A stretch of 64,000 bases of DNA. It comes from a virus. Its lineage: Duplodnaviria; Caudoviricetes. A program made the translations under genes and the position numbers. A model generated the notes under the pieces. That model searched no databases, was not told where the DNA came from, and worked only from the letters and a program-made list of their open reading frames with translations. Positions 7,637 to 17,600 of the stretch are shown here, in pieces. The stretch is taken from the IMG/VR virus record IMGVR_UViG_3300036784_000146, positions 64,001 to 128,000 of that record; one strand, 5' to 3'. Positions within the stretch are counted from its first letter, which is position 1. Every line of letters starts with the position of its first letter.

Positions 7637-10086
7637 TGACCACTGGGGGCAACGAGTTTCTTTCGGCGAGGATCGACTTCGAGATCCCGCAAGAGGCAAT
7701 GAGCCAAATGCGCGAGTTCAACAACGAACTTGAGCGTACGAGAGTCAACTCTGAGTCGGCCGCGCGCGGCGTGGACAGCTTCATGCGCTACATCGACCTG
7801 ATGAACGCCGCGCAGGAGCGCACGATCCAGACCAGCCGCAACCTGGCCGCCAACCTGGAACGGATCCTGCAGATCCAGGAGCGCGCCGGGCAGGCAGAGG
7901 CTGGTACTGCCGTGCCCCAGCAGTACACCGCTCCCTGGTCGGGAGGCGCCGAAGGGATGGGCGGCCCGCACCGCGACGTCCGTCCGCTGCCGACCACCGT
8001 CCCCGCCGTCGGTGGCTCGCAGGCCGAGTTCGACCACCTGATGGCCAACGACCCGCGCGCCTACCTCAACGCCCGAGCGGCGTGGGGTGGTCGCCAGCCC
8101 GGCGAGCAGATGCCTCCTGTGTCGATCTCGGACCAGTCCCTGGACAGGCTGGCACGCACCATCGCTGGCCGCGACCACGACCAGCAGGTGCAGGAGGCCA
8201 AGTCGACGCCTCCCTCTCCGGGCCCGGGCGACGGCGGCCTGGGCGGAGGCCGAGGAGGACCACCTTCTCCGAAGCCCGGCCAAGCCCCCTGGGAGGCCTG
8301 GCGTAACCGTGCCGCGCAGTGGACCGGAGCGGCTGGGACCGTCATGAGCGGCCTGGGGATGGGCGGCAGCATGAGCGGCATGCTCGGCGCGGCCGGACGC
8401 GCCATGCAGGGCTGGGGAGCTGCTCGTCAGCGGCAGGATGGCGCCATCGGCGAAGGTCCCGGTTCGACGGTTCCCCGTCCCCGCAGGGGAGGTAGTGGCG
8501 GCACCTCCCCATCGGTGCCCACCGAGGGGGAGACCGAAGAGGGCGGCAATGCGGGCGAGGATGAGGGCGCAGGCAGCCTGAGCCTGGGTCAAGCTGCGGG
8601 GATGGGTGGTGCTGCCCTGGGCGTCGGCCTGGGTGTCTTCGGCGCCATCCAGAAGGGCGGCCAGGAGGTCCAGCGCTACCGCAATCTGGGCTCGATTCGA
8701 GGCGGTGGCTTCGGCGAGGGCTTCGGCTACGAGATGCAGGCTCGCATGATGGCGATGAACCCGTTTATCACCACCGAGCAGTCGCGCCAGATCATGCAGA
8801 GCGCGCTGACCCAGGGCTACACCGGCAAGGAGTTCGACACCGTCACCCAGTTCATGGCCAACAACCTCAAGGAAATGAACATGTCGGTGGCCGAGTCCTC
8901 CAAACTGCTGCAGAAGTCCGCGCAAAACAGCAACGAATCCATCCAATCGATGGCCGAGAACCTCGAACACAATATGACCTCGATGAAGGACCTTTCCAAG
9001 ACCGGCTACAACACGCTGCCTTACCGCCAAGAGGCTTACGAGCAGGTCTATGGTGCTGCCCTACAGAGTGGGGCTAACCCCCAGGCTGCCGGTCGTGAGG
9101 GCCTTATCGCAGGTCAAGAGTTTTCAGACATGCCCGGAATGAAAGGGGTCGGCCCGGCCCTGGATCAGGCTGCCATCAACAACCCCAACTTCGGCTACAT
9201 GATGATGCAATTCGGGGGCGCCAACGGCGGCCCGATGCGTGTCCCCGGTGCCAATATGGGCGACCCGGGATCCATTGCCGAAGCGTTGCAAAATTCGGGT
9301 CAATTCAACGAGGCGAAATGGCGCACCCTGAAGAGAATTGCGGGAATGTCGCCGAACGTCGGCGTCTTCCAACGTCTGGTGGGGACGATGCTGGGAGTAC
9401 ACCTCGACCGTGCTCAGGCCAAGAACCTCTACCAGGCCGCCAAGGCAGTGGGTACCGGTACCGACTTCGACCCCCTGAAGTCCGCGAAAGACGTTCAGCA
9501 ACAGGACGACAAGGAGGCCAAGAAGCGCCGTCAGGTCTGGGGCGAGGAGCACATGCGAGCCGACATGGGCGGTCCCCTCGGACTGGGGAACGCCTTCGGC
9601 GGTAACGCTCAGATCACTCCCGACCAGGCCGAGAGGTACGCCAAAGAACACGGCTACTCAGGTCGCAGCGAGGGTAGCGAGATCGAAGACCAGGTTATGC
9701 AGGCCTATGGGGGCATGCCCATTGAGGTGGGCTCGGCCGACAAGGGTTGGAAGGCTTTCGATCCCTCCAACCAGGACATGATCCGCGACCTGAAGAGCGG
9801 CAAGATGCGTATCCGCGAACGCGGGGACCAGGGGCCAGGTGACGCGATCTCCGACCTTCCCGGCTCGGGGAAGGGCAAAGGAGGGATGGGTGGCGCCGGT
9901 AACCAGGTGCACGGTCAGCTGCAGATCACCGTGCACCCGGCCAACATGCGCAGCGTGCTTAATGTGCCCTCGTTCATCCCCCTCACCGCCAACGAGCAGG
10001 CCGCTAACTCGGGCTACGGCAACGCCACCAAGAACAACCCGCCGCCGGGCGACGGAATCACCTCGCGTGGGGCCAGGGGTGGCTGA
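7636..10086 (+). CDS. Tape measure protein
   Basis: 816 aa, A/G/Q/M-rich and helical, directly after the chaperones. Confidence 0.75.
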   Translation: MTTGGNEFLSARIDFEIPQEAMSQMREFNNELERTRVNSESAARGVDSFMRYIDLMNAAQERTIQTSRNLAANLERILQIQERAGQAEAGTAVPQQYTAPWSGGAEGMGGPHRDVRPLPTTVPAVGGSQAEFDHLMANDPRAYLNARAAWGGRQPGEQMPPVSISDQSLDRLARTIAGRDHDQQVQEAKSTPPSPGPGDGGLGGGRGGPPSPKPGQAPWEAWRNRAAQWTGAAGTVMSGLGMGGSMSGMLGAAGRAMQGWGAARQRQDGAIGEGPGSTVPRPRRGGSGGTSPSVPTEGETEEGGNAGEDEGAGSLSLGQAAGMGGAALGVGLGVFGAIQKGGQEVQRYRNLGSIRGGGFGEGFGYEMQARMMAMNPFITTEQSRQIMQSALTQGYTGKEFDTVTQFMANNLKEMNMSVAESSKLLQKSAQNSNESIQSMAENLEHNMTSMKDLSKTGYNTLPYRQEAYEQVYGAALQSGANPQAAGREGLIAGQEFSDMPGMKGVGPALDQAAINNPNFGYMMMQFGGANGGPMRVPGANMGDPGSIAEALQNSGQFNEAKWRTLKRIAGMSPNVGVFQRLVGTMLGVHLDRAQAKNLYQAAKAVGTGTDFDPLKSAKDVQQQDDKEAKKRRQVWGEEHMRADMGGPLGLGNAFGGNAQITPDQAERYAKEHGYSGRSEGSEIEDQVMQAYGGMPIEVGSADKGWKAFDPSNQDMIRDLKSGKMRIRERGDQGPGDAISDLPGSGKGKGGMGGAGNQVHGQLQITVHPANMRSVLNVPSFIPLTANEQAANSGYGNATKNNPPPGDGITSRGARGG

Positions 10087-10856
10087 TGGGTAGTCCATTC
10101 CAAAACCCCAGCGTCCTGGGGGCTCAGGCCCAGCCTCTGCTGGCCTTCCCGCAGCTGCCGATGACGGCACCGCACAGCTACTCAAGCAACGAGTTCAGCA
10201 CGGTCTCACGAGGTATCGCTTCGCTGGCCTTCGGTGGCCGTACCTGGCGCTTCCGGACCAACCCCAATTCGGTGCGGTTCTCCTACCAGCTCAACACCCA
10301 CATCGAGCAGACCTTCGGCGGACGGGTGTGCCAAATCCTGTCCTGCAAGATCGAGGACCTGGTTGTGGTGGTCGAGGCCGGAAGTGCGGGCTGGGCCTAC
10401 GCCGCTAACTTGGCGCTGTTCCTTCGTGACTTCTTGGACTACCAGCGCAACCCGTCGGCGCCGCCGGGCAACTTCGTCTACACCACACGCAACTGGAACT
10501 TCCAGGTCTACCAGCTGTCGATTCCGTTCCAGGATCAGGTGCAGGCCACGGTGCGCCCGCTCGAACTGCACTTCAAGGTCCAGGAAGACGTTTCCGGCGT
10601 GGTGTCCGGCGCGATCCTGGACGCCACCCTGGCCGCGCTGCAGGACGGCGTCGGCTGGCGGCGCGACCAGTACAACAGCGGTTCTGCTGCCATCTACGGC
10701 ACGTACAACGGGCCCAACGCCGGTTCGTCCACCCCGGGGCAACCGACCATCCAGAGCGTGGCCAACGGGGCTGCCAGCTCGCTGGGGCTGCCTGGCCTCA
10801 ACAACCTCAACAACGCGCCGTCCTCGTCCACAGCCCCGCCCGTCCTCAGCGCCTAA
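10086..10856 (+). CDS. Baseplate/tail-tube initiator-like minor tail protein
   Basis: FRTNPNSVRFSYQ...QTFGG motif typical of the gene following a myovirus TMP. Confidence 0.6.
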   Translation: MGSPFQNPSVLGAQAQPLLAFPQLPMTAPHSYSSNEFSTVSRGIASLAFGGRTWRFRTNPNSVRFSYQLNTHIEQTFGGRVCQILSCKIEDLVVVVEAGSAGWAYAANLALFLRDFLDYQRNPSAPPGNFVYTTRNWNFQVYQLSIPFQDQVQATVRPLELHFKVQEDVSGVVSGAILDATLAALQDGVGWRRDQYNSGSAAIYGTYNGPNAGSSTPGQPTIQSVANGAASSLGLPGLNNLNNAPSSSTAPPVLSA

Positions 10857-10865
10857 GGAGAGATC

Positions 10866-11036
10866 ATGGCCTACGCATCTAACTGCCCCGTCTCGCGGCC
10901 CAACCCGCTGCCCCATTTTCCGCCGGACGTCGACCTTAACGGCATCGGGTTCAGCTACGACATCGGGCTGTTGTATCCCGTCAACTCCGATGGCTCCGAC
11001 GACAAGTTCGTAGTGCCCGCAGTGCAGCCGCGATGA
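10866..11036 (+). CDS. 56-aa hypothetical tail-region protein (not in ORF track)
   Basis: RBS TAAGGAG; MAYASNCPVSRPNP...; ATGA overlap with 11033. Confidence 0.6.
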   Translation: MAYASNCPVSRPNPLPHFPPDVDLNGIGFSYDIGLLYPVNSDGSDDKFVVPAVQPR

Positions 11037-11572
11037 GCCAGCTCGTCATCACGACCACCTATGCAGGGACGTTCACCATGAACGTCCTGCAGTTCTCTGC
11101 GCCGATGTTCGGCACGATGATGAGCGGGCAGACCAAGAAGAAGATCGTCTACTTCCCGATCAAGGCTCAGCAGCCCCAGCTGGAACTGGAAGTCATCTTT
11201 GCCAGCGTGGCCGACTACAACGGCTTTCAGGCCTTTGTGCGCGCTACCCAGCTCAATGCGCTCACCAACGACATCGAGCCCGGCGTCACGCTGACCTGGC
11301 CCCAGCGCAACATCCTCAACTGGACCGGAGTCATCCGAAACTTCCAGGCCGGTGGAGAGCGCTTTGTCTACGCACCCAAGGCCAGGTTCGTCATCGACCT
11401 CATTGACTGCTTCGTTTCCTCGCGGACGACGATCGCCTCGCAGGCGCCGATCTTCGACACGGTCTACGGCCTGGGCAGCCCCGACGGAGTGATGAAGATA
11501 CCGACCCCTCCGGTGAGCGGCCAACCTGGCACCGTGGTGACACCCCTACCGGGGGCGGTGACGAACGCGTGA
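11033..11572 (+). CDS. Minor tail/baseplate protein
   Basis: Coupled overlaps, codon bias and synteny. Confidence 0.6.
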   Translation: MSQLVITTTYAGTFTMNVLQFSAPMFGTMMSGQTKKKIVYFPIKAQQPQLELEVIFASVADYNGFQAFVRATQLNALTNDIEPGVTLTWPQRNILNWTGVIRNFQAGGERFVYAPKARFVIDLIDCFVSSRTTIASQAPIFDTVYGLGSPDGVMKIPTPPVSGQPGTVVTPLPGAVTNA

Positions 11573-14500
11573 CGATCTTGCCGGGCGACTCCTCGGGCAA
11601 CGGTAGCGGAACCCCCGGTATCTTTTCGCCAGCTGGCGCGGGCGACTACGTCCCGCTGCCCAATGCCCCTGTGAGCCCGTACAACAGCATCTTCCAGCAG
11701 GCCAACCACGTTTCCTCTCCGACCCCGGCCAACAACACGCTGGTCTACTCGCCGGACGTGCGCATCATCATCGCGCACAACTCGGTGCAGTACGACATCA
11801 GCAACGACCTGGTTCGCGGCACGCTGATCCGCAAGGAAAACTCCGCCTCGACGCTGATCTGGCAGTGCCACAACAAGAACCTGCGCTACACCAACAGCCT
11901 GATCAACAACGCGCCGATCTTCTCGCGTATGGACCGGATAGTTTGCTACATGAAGCGCGCCGGGACTTGGGTCCAGGTGTTCTCCGGCTACCTCGACAGC
12001 GTCCCGTACCTGCAGCTCTACCCCAGTATCGTGCAGTTCAAGGCGACCTGCACCCTCAAGCGGCTGTTGTGCTACTGGTGGAATCCCGGGCTGCCGGAAT
12101 CTATCGCCATCTTCAACCAGTTCATGCAGGCCAGCACGGCCACCCAGGGTGACGGACAGGCTCAGCAGGGCACCTCAGGCAAGTATCAGGACACTGGCCT
12201 GGGCAACCTGTTGGCGGCGCTGCTCACCCAGGTGGGTCACTGGGCCCCTCCCACGGTGCACATCCAGAACTTCCCCAGCGGCTTCATGGACCTGCTGCAG
12301 CTTCAGATGCAGAACCAGCAGAAGAACCAGCGGTCCGCGCAGTGGTTCCAGCAGCTCATCGAGGGCAACGTCAGCGGTCCGGCGCCGGGCGCGGCCGCCT
12401 CGTACAACACTGGCGCCGGAGCCCCGGGCCCACAGTCGTCCGTTCCTGTTCCTGGTGGGGTAGGAGCGCCTAGTGCGGGTGGATCCGGTCAGGCCTTCTA
12501 CGTCCAAGAGATCGTGGCTGCCTGTGACGCTCTGGGCATGGGTCCCACCACCCAGAACCTCAACGTCGCGACCGGCTTGTCGCAGGCGGCGACCGTCGGT
12601 GAGGGGTCTCGTGATCAGGCCACTCAAACAGCCTTCCAGCAGACCCAGACGGTGGCCAAGAACTACCAGACCTCCTTGCTGAGTAGCGATGCAGCCATTC
12701 TGGGGGTCGCCACGGCGATCGTGGAGTCTAGCCTGCATAACTGGGCCAACCCAGGGGTTCCGGAGTCTCAGAACATCGCCAGCGACGGAAATCCTCCCAC
12801 CGGCGGCGACGGTCAATCCTGTGGCCTGTTCCAGCAGCAGGCGCAATACGGCTGGGGCACGGTAGCCCAGGAGATGAATCCGCGTCAGGCGGCCACTATG
12901 TTCTTCCAGCATCTGGCCACCTACGACTGGCGCAACCTCGACCCCGGCGTGGCGTGCTGGGATGTACAACGCGCGGCTAATCAAAGCAAGTATCAAGGGC
13001 TGATCGACGCGGCCATCCCGCAGGCCACTCAGCTGGTGCAGCAATACCGCAACGCCACGTCGTCTCCCGGCAGCAGCACCGTGTCCACAGCCACCGGCAG
13101 CCTTCCCACTCAGCAGGCCACGTCGCTGGCCAATACTCTGGGCAACTCTGGCACCGGTGCCATCAACTCGGCGACGGCCAGCCCGGGCCTCAACCCCAGC
13201 GTCATCCTCACCAGCGGCGGCTCTGCAGGCACCGGTGTCGGCGGCGGTCTTGGTGCTCCCACCGTCGGTGGAGCTACCGGCACCCGACCGAATCCCGACT
13301 CCGAGGGTGCCATTGCGTTCGCGGCCGCCCAGATCGGCAAGCCCTACATCTGGGGTGGCACGGGGCCCAACGGGTACGACTGCTCGGGCTTGTTGCAGGC
13401 GGCCTTTGCTTCGATCGGCGTGGCTATCGGCCGTGACACCTTCTCGCAAGCGACTCATGGTCAGCGCATCGCGCCGTCCAACATCCAGCGCGGGGATGCC
13501 ATGCAGTGTGATGGTGGCGGCCACACCATGCTGTGGCTCGGCGATGGCACCATCATCGAGGCCTCCACCGAGGGGGTGCCGATCCACCGGCGCCCCGCCT
13601 ACGTGTCGCCGTCCGGGGCCAGCGGGATCTTCCGGTACTGCCAGAATGGCGGCGCTATCCCGGGAGTCGGCGGGGCCATCACCGGCGCCCCCTACAACAA
13701 CCCGCAGATATCGGGCCCGGGTAATCCGCCATCGATCATTCTGGCTTCGCAAGGTTCGGTGGCCGGTGCGTCTGCCGGGGCGCTCCAAGAGCCGATCGCG
13801 CAGAACTTGTTCGCCTATATTTTCCAGCCGCAGACCTTCATCTCCGATACGGCGTTCATGTACTCGGCGGCCACCCCCGAGAAGGACTTCATCAACGCCC
13901 AGCCGCTGTTCCAGGCCGTTGCCTCGGTTGCTGCAGCCAGTCTCCGCAACTTCGCTAGCGCACCCAACGGGGACTTTATCGCCTACTATCCGGACTTTTT
14001 CGGCATGGATGGCAAACCGGCTGTCTTTTTGCTGGAAGACGTCGAGCTGAAGGATTTGACACTCAACTTCTCCGACGACTCGCTGGCCACTCACGTCTAC
14101 GTCAACGGCGACCTGTCCATGGTCGGCGAGATGGACGCCACCATGGGCTGGCTGCTGACGATGGGCTACGCCACCGTCGAGAACACCGCGCTCTTCCAGC
14201 GGATGCGGCTGGTGAGCCCCGGCGACCTGGAAAACATGACCGGCCAGGCGCTCATGGCGCGCTTCGGTGTGCGTCCCGTCCAGGTCACCCAGGCCATGGC
14301 CGGGACCGCCGAGTTGGAGTTCCTGCTGGCCGTGCGTCTCTTCATGGAGAAGTGGGCGGCCCAGTACCAGTCCTCGGTCGGCATGACCTTCATGCCGGAC
14401 CTCTTCCCGGGCATGAGGGTGCTCTTCGTCAACCACAGCCTGCAGGTCTATGTCCAGGAGGTCACCCACCACTTCGACTTCGAGCAGGGCTTCCAAACCG

Positions 14501-14616
14501 AGTGCGTGGTGACCGCGCCGTCCAACCCGAACGTGCGCAACCTGTGGGCAGGCGCCAACGTCAACATCCCGACCACGACCGGCCAGGTCCCGACGACCAC
14601 CACGATCAGCACATGA
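11569..14616 (+). CDS. Baseplate hub protein with inserted lysozyme-like and NlpC/P60 domains
   Basis: Hub-like termini (..MPDLFPGMRV..YVQEVTHHFD); AIVESS..GLFQQQ..WGT lysozyme-like; GKPYIWGG..YDCSGL..GHTM NlpC/P60. Confidence 0.8.
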   Translation: MTILPGDSSGNGSGTPGIFSPAGAGDYVPLPNAPVSPYNSIFQQANHVSSPTPANNTLVYSPDVRIIIAHNSVQYDISNDLVRGTLIRKENSASTLIWQCHNKNLRYTNSLINNAPIFSRMDRIVCYMKRAGTWVQVFSGYLDSVPYLQLYPSIVQFKATCTLKRLLCYWWNPGLPESIAIFNQFMQASTATQGDGQAQQGTSGKYQDTGLGNLLAALLTQVGHWAPPTVHIQNFPSGFMDLLQLQMQNQQKNQRSAQWFQQLIEGNVSGPAPGAAASYNTGAGAPGPQSSVPVPGGVGAPSAGGSGQAFYVQEIVAACDALGMGPTTQNLNVATGLSQAATVGEGSRDQATQTAFQQTQTVAKNYQTSLLSSDAAILGVATAIVESSLHNWANPGVPESQNIASDGNPPTGGDGQSCGLFQQQAQYGWGTVAQEMNPRQAATMFFQHLATYDWRNLDPGVACWDVQRAANQSKYQGLIDAAIPQATQLVQQYRNATSSPGSSTVSTATGSLPTQQATSLANTLGNSGTGAINSATASPGLNPSVILTSGGSAGTGVGGGLGAPTVGGATGTRPNPDSEGAIAFAAAQIGKPYIWGGTGPNGYDCSGLLQAAFASIGVAIGRDTFSQATHGQRIAPSNIQRGDAMQCDGGGHTMLWLGDGTIIEASTEGVPIHRRPAYVSPSGASGIFRYCQNGGAIPGVGGAITGAPYNNPQISGPGNPPSIILASQGSVAGASAGALQEPIAQNLFAYIFQPQTFISDTAFMYSAATPEKDFINAQPLFQAVASVAAASLRNFASAPNGDFIAYYPDFFGMDGKPAVFLLEDVELKDLTLNFSDDSLATHVYVNGDLSMVGEMDATMGWLLTMGYATVENTALFQRMRLVSPGDLENMTGQALMARFGVRPVQVTQAMAGTAELEFLLAVRLFMEKWAAQYQSSVGMTFMPDLFPGMRVLFVNHSLQVYVQEVTHHFDFEQGFQTECVVTAPSNPNVRNLWAGANVNIPTTTGQVPTTTTIST

Positions 14617-17600
14617 CCAACCCAGGATTCGCTACGGCCCTCGCCCCCGCTTGGCAGAGACAAGCGGTGGCAATCCTGTCCGTCGACGCGGCAAGCAACA
14701 CCGCCCTGGGCTTAACTCGGCGCGAGACCCAGGTCCAGATCGACCTGAGTTACCACGTCGGCTCGGTGCAGGTCACCCCGTCGGTCGGTGAGCAGTGGTA
14801 CATCACGAAGCAGACCCCACCGACGCCCAGGATGGGTATCACTTGGGTGCTCGACGCCAAGATCCCGTTCAACACCCCCGAGATCACCCTCCCGGCCACC
14901 GAGGGCCAGCAGCAGATCGGCACCGGCAAGGGGCCCATCCAGCTGCACGGGACCCAGGTCAACGCCAACGGCCCGCTGAGGCTGGCCAACGCCAACAGCT
15001 CGCTGGCCGACTCGATTGCACGCGCCCGTGACGGACATAAGCGCGCCGCCTCGCTGCCGGGTGCTAGCACCGTCGACGCGGGATCGCTGGTCTACAACGG
15101 GGCGGCCCCGGCCTACTCCAACGGCAGCAACTGGATCCAGCTGGGTACCTACGACCTGCCATCGGGTGGTATCCCTAACAGCCAGCTGGCTGCCGACGTC
15201 CAGGCACTGCTTGCGTTGGCCGGTAGTGCCTTCCAGCTGCCCTCTGGCGGCATCTCCGCGACCGATCTGACCACTGAGGTCCAGAACTTCCTCAGTCTGG
15301 CTGGGACGGCCCTGCAGGATGTCGTCGGATCGGTGGGGCTGGGTAACTTACACACCTCTGGTACGCCCTCTGCCGGGCAATCTCTTCTCGTCGATTCCAG
15401 CGGCACCGGCCTGACCTTCGGCACTCCTTCCACTTCTGGCACCTCCTCCGGCTTGCTGAGCCTGCTGGAAGGAATGACCGGTATCAGCGGCGCCCTTCCT
15501 GCAGATCTGATCGGCTTGTGGACCAGCGTGCTCGGCGACATTACCGGGCTGGCGACCGGCACCTTGACCATTCCCGAGTTGGTCGCTGGCATCGTGCCTC
15601 GTCTGCAGAATCTGTCCCCCAACGGGCTGATCAACTCTCAGGCCCTGGACAACATCGCCGGGTCCATCCTGCGCAACCTTGACGGCACCGGGAAGTTCGA
15701 CGCCGCCCAATTGTTCAACATCAACAACATCCCCAGCATCCCCCAGGAAGCGATCTCTGGGCTGACGTACACCATCAGCCAGCTGCTTCAGGTGGTGGAC
15801 TTCCAGAACCTGCTGCAAGGTCTGTTTGGCACCACCAGCATCGGGTCGTTCTTGGGCGTTCCGGGGTTGCTGTCGGGATTCGGCACCTCGACGAGCATCC
15901 TGACTCAGCTGCTCGGGCTGTTCCCAGGGCTCGCGGGGGGCCTATCTGGCCTTCCTGGGCTAGGAGCGGTCTTCACCGACTTGACGGGCCTCCTTGGGAC
16001 TCCTACGGGTCTGGGTTCTGGATCCCCGACGTTGCCGGGTGTCGGCAGCATTCCCGTCCTGGGTGGTCTCCTGGGCTCCGGCAATCTGTTGGGCGGTGGC
16101 CTTTCCACCGCCAGTCCTATCACCACTCAGCTCCTGGGCTTGTTCCCTGGTCTAGCCACGGGACTCTCCGGCCTCACCGGGTTGGGGTCGGTCTTCACCG
16201 ACCTGACTGGTCTCCTCGGGACCCCAACCCACCTTGGCTCCGGATCGCCTTCGCTGCCAGGGATCGGAAGCATTCCGTTGCTCGGTGGACTGCTGTCGGG
16301 CGGGACGACACTCCTCACCTCGCTGATTCCGGGCCTCGACGCCAGCAAGATAGTCTCCGGAATTTTTGGCACCGGCCTGATTCCCGGCCTCGACGCCAGC
16401 AAGATAGTCTCCGGAATTTTCGGGTCGGGATTCATCCCCGGCTTAGACGCCAGCAAGATCATCTCCGGTGCTTTCCCGTTATCGATGACGCCGCTGGCTT
16501 TGGCCACGAGTCTCTGGAAGACGGGTAAGCAGGGTAATACAAACCTAGTCATCGATCCGCAGTTTGAAGATTCAACAATCACTCACGGCAGTGCTCTCGG
16601 CACGGGCGCATCTTTAGCGTATTCCACGGTGACCGCTCGCAGTGGAACACAGTGCCTCGCGCTGACTACCCAAACCTCGACCACCGGGCAGAACGATTTC
16701 TTCATGTTGGCCCCGGTGCCCACGACGGGTATATGGGAAGCGGCTAGTGGGCTGAAGACCCAACCGGGACAGACGTTTTACTGCGAGTTTTACGTTAAGG
16801 CCAAAGCAACTAATACCGCAACAGTGGGAACGGTGGCGTTCGGCATTAGCTTTGTTGACTCAACCGGCGTCACCGCACAAACCTATGTAGGTTTGGGCAC
16901 CGTTAACATGTCGGGCCTGAGCAGTTCCGCGTGGACGAAAGTGTCTGGCTGGTACACAGTCCCAGCGGGGTATGACACGGCGTTCCCATTCGCATGGACC
17001 AATGCCTGCAACGCCGCCAATCAGGTGTTCTACTTTGACGACGCCCTGGTGCGCGAGGAAACCCGTTCGCAGAGCATCATCTCCAACCTCTGGGGCTCTG
17101 TCGGTAGTCCGCTAACCAACATCCTGGCCGCCGTTGTCCCCGGCCTTGACGCCAGCAAGATCATCAGCGGAATCGTTGGGGTCGCCCAAATACCGTTGCT
17201 CGACGCAGCCAAAATCGTCAGCGGCGTGTTCGGCCAATCGCTCATACCGAGCCTTACGTCTGGCTGGGGTGGCTCGATCCTATCGTCGTTTCTGTCGGGC
17301 ACTCTTGGCACGGGGCTAATCCCCGGCCTCGACGCGAGTAAAATTATTAGTGGGGTCCTGGGCGGCACACTGATCCCGTTGTTACCCGCCAGCCAAATCA
17401 CCAGCGGCACATTCCTAACCAGCCTGATCCCTGGCCTTGATGCCTCCAAGATCATTTCGGGGGCATTTCCCCAGTCGATGATCACGAGTCTGACTAGTGA
17501 TCTCGGTGCTCTGCTGCCTATCAACATCTTCAACCAGCGCACCAACGCTGGCTCAAACTTGGTGATATCACCTAACTTTGACGACTCGACCATCTATCGG

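Noticed and set aside
12175-14496. Long antisense ORFs (also 24860..26779, 27382..29565, 57032..59140 and others)
   Set aside because: Shadow frames of GC3-rich genes, with no RBS or recognisable motifs
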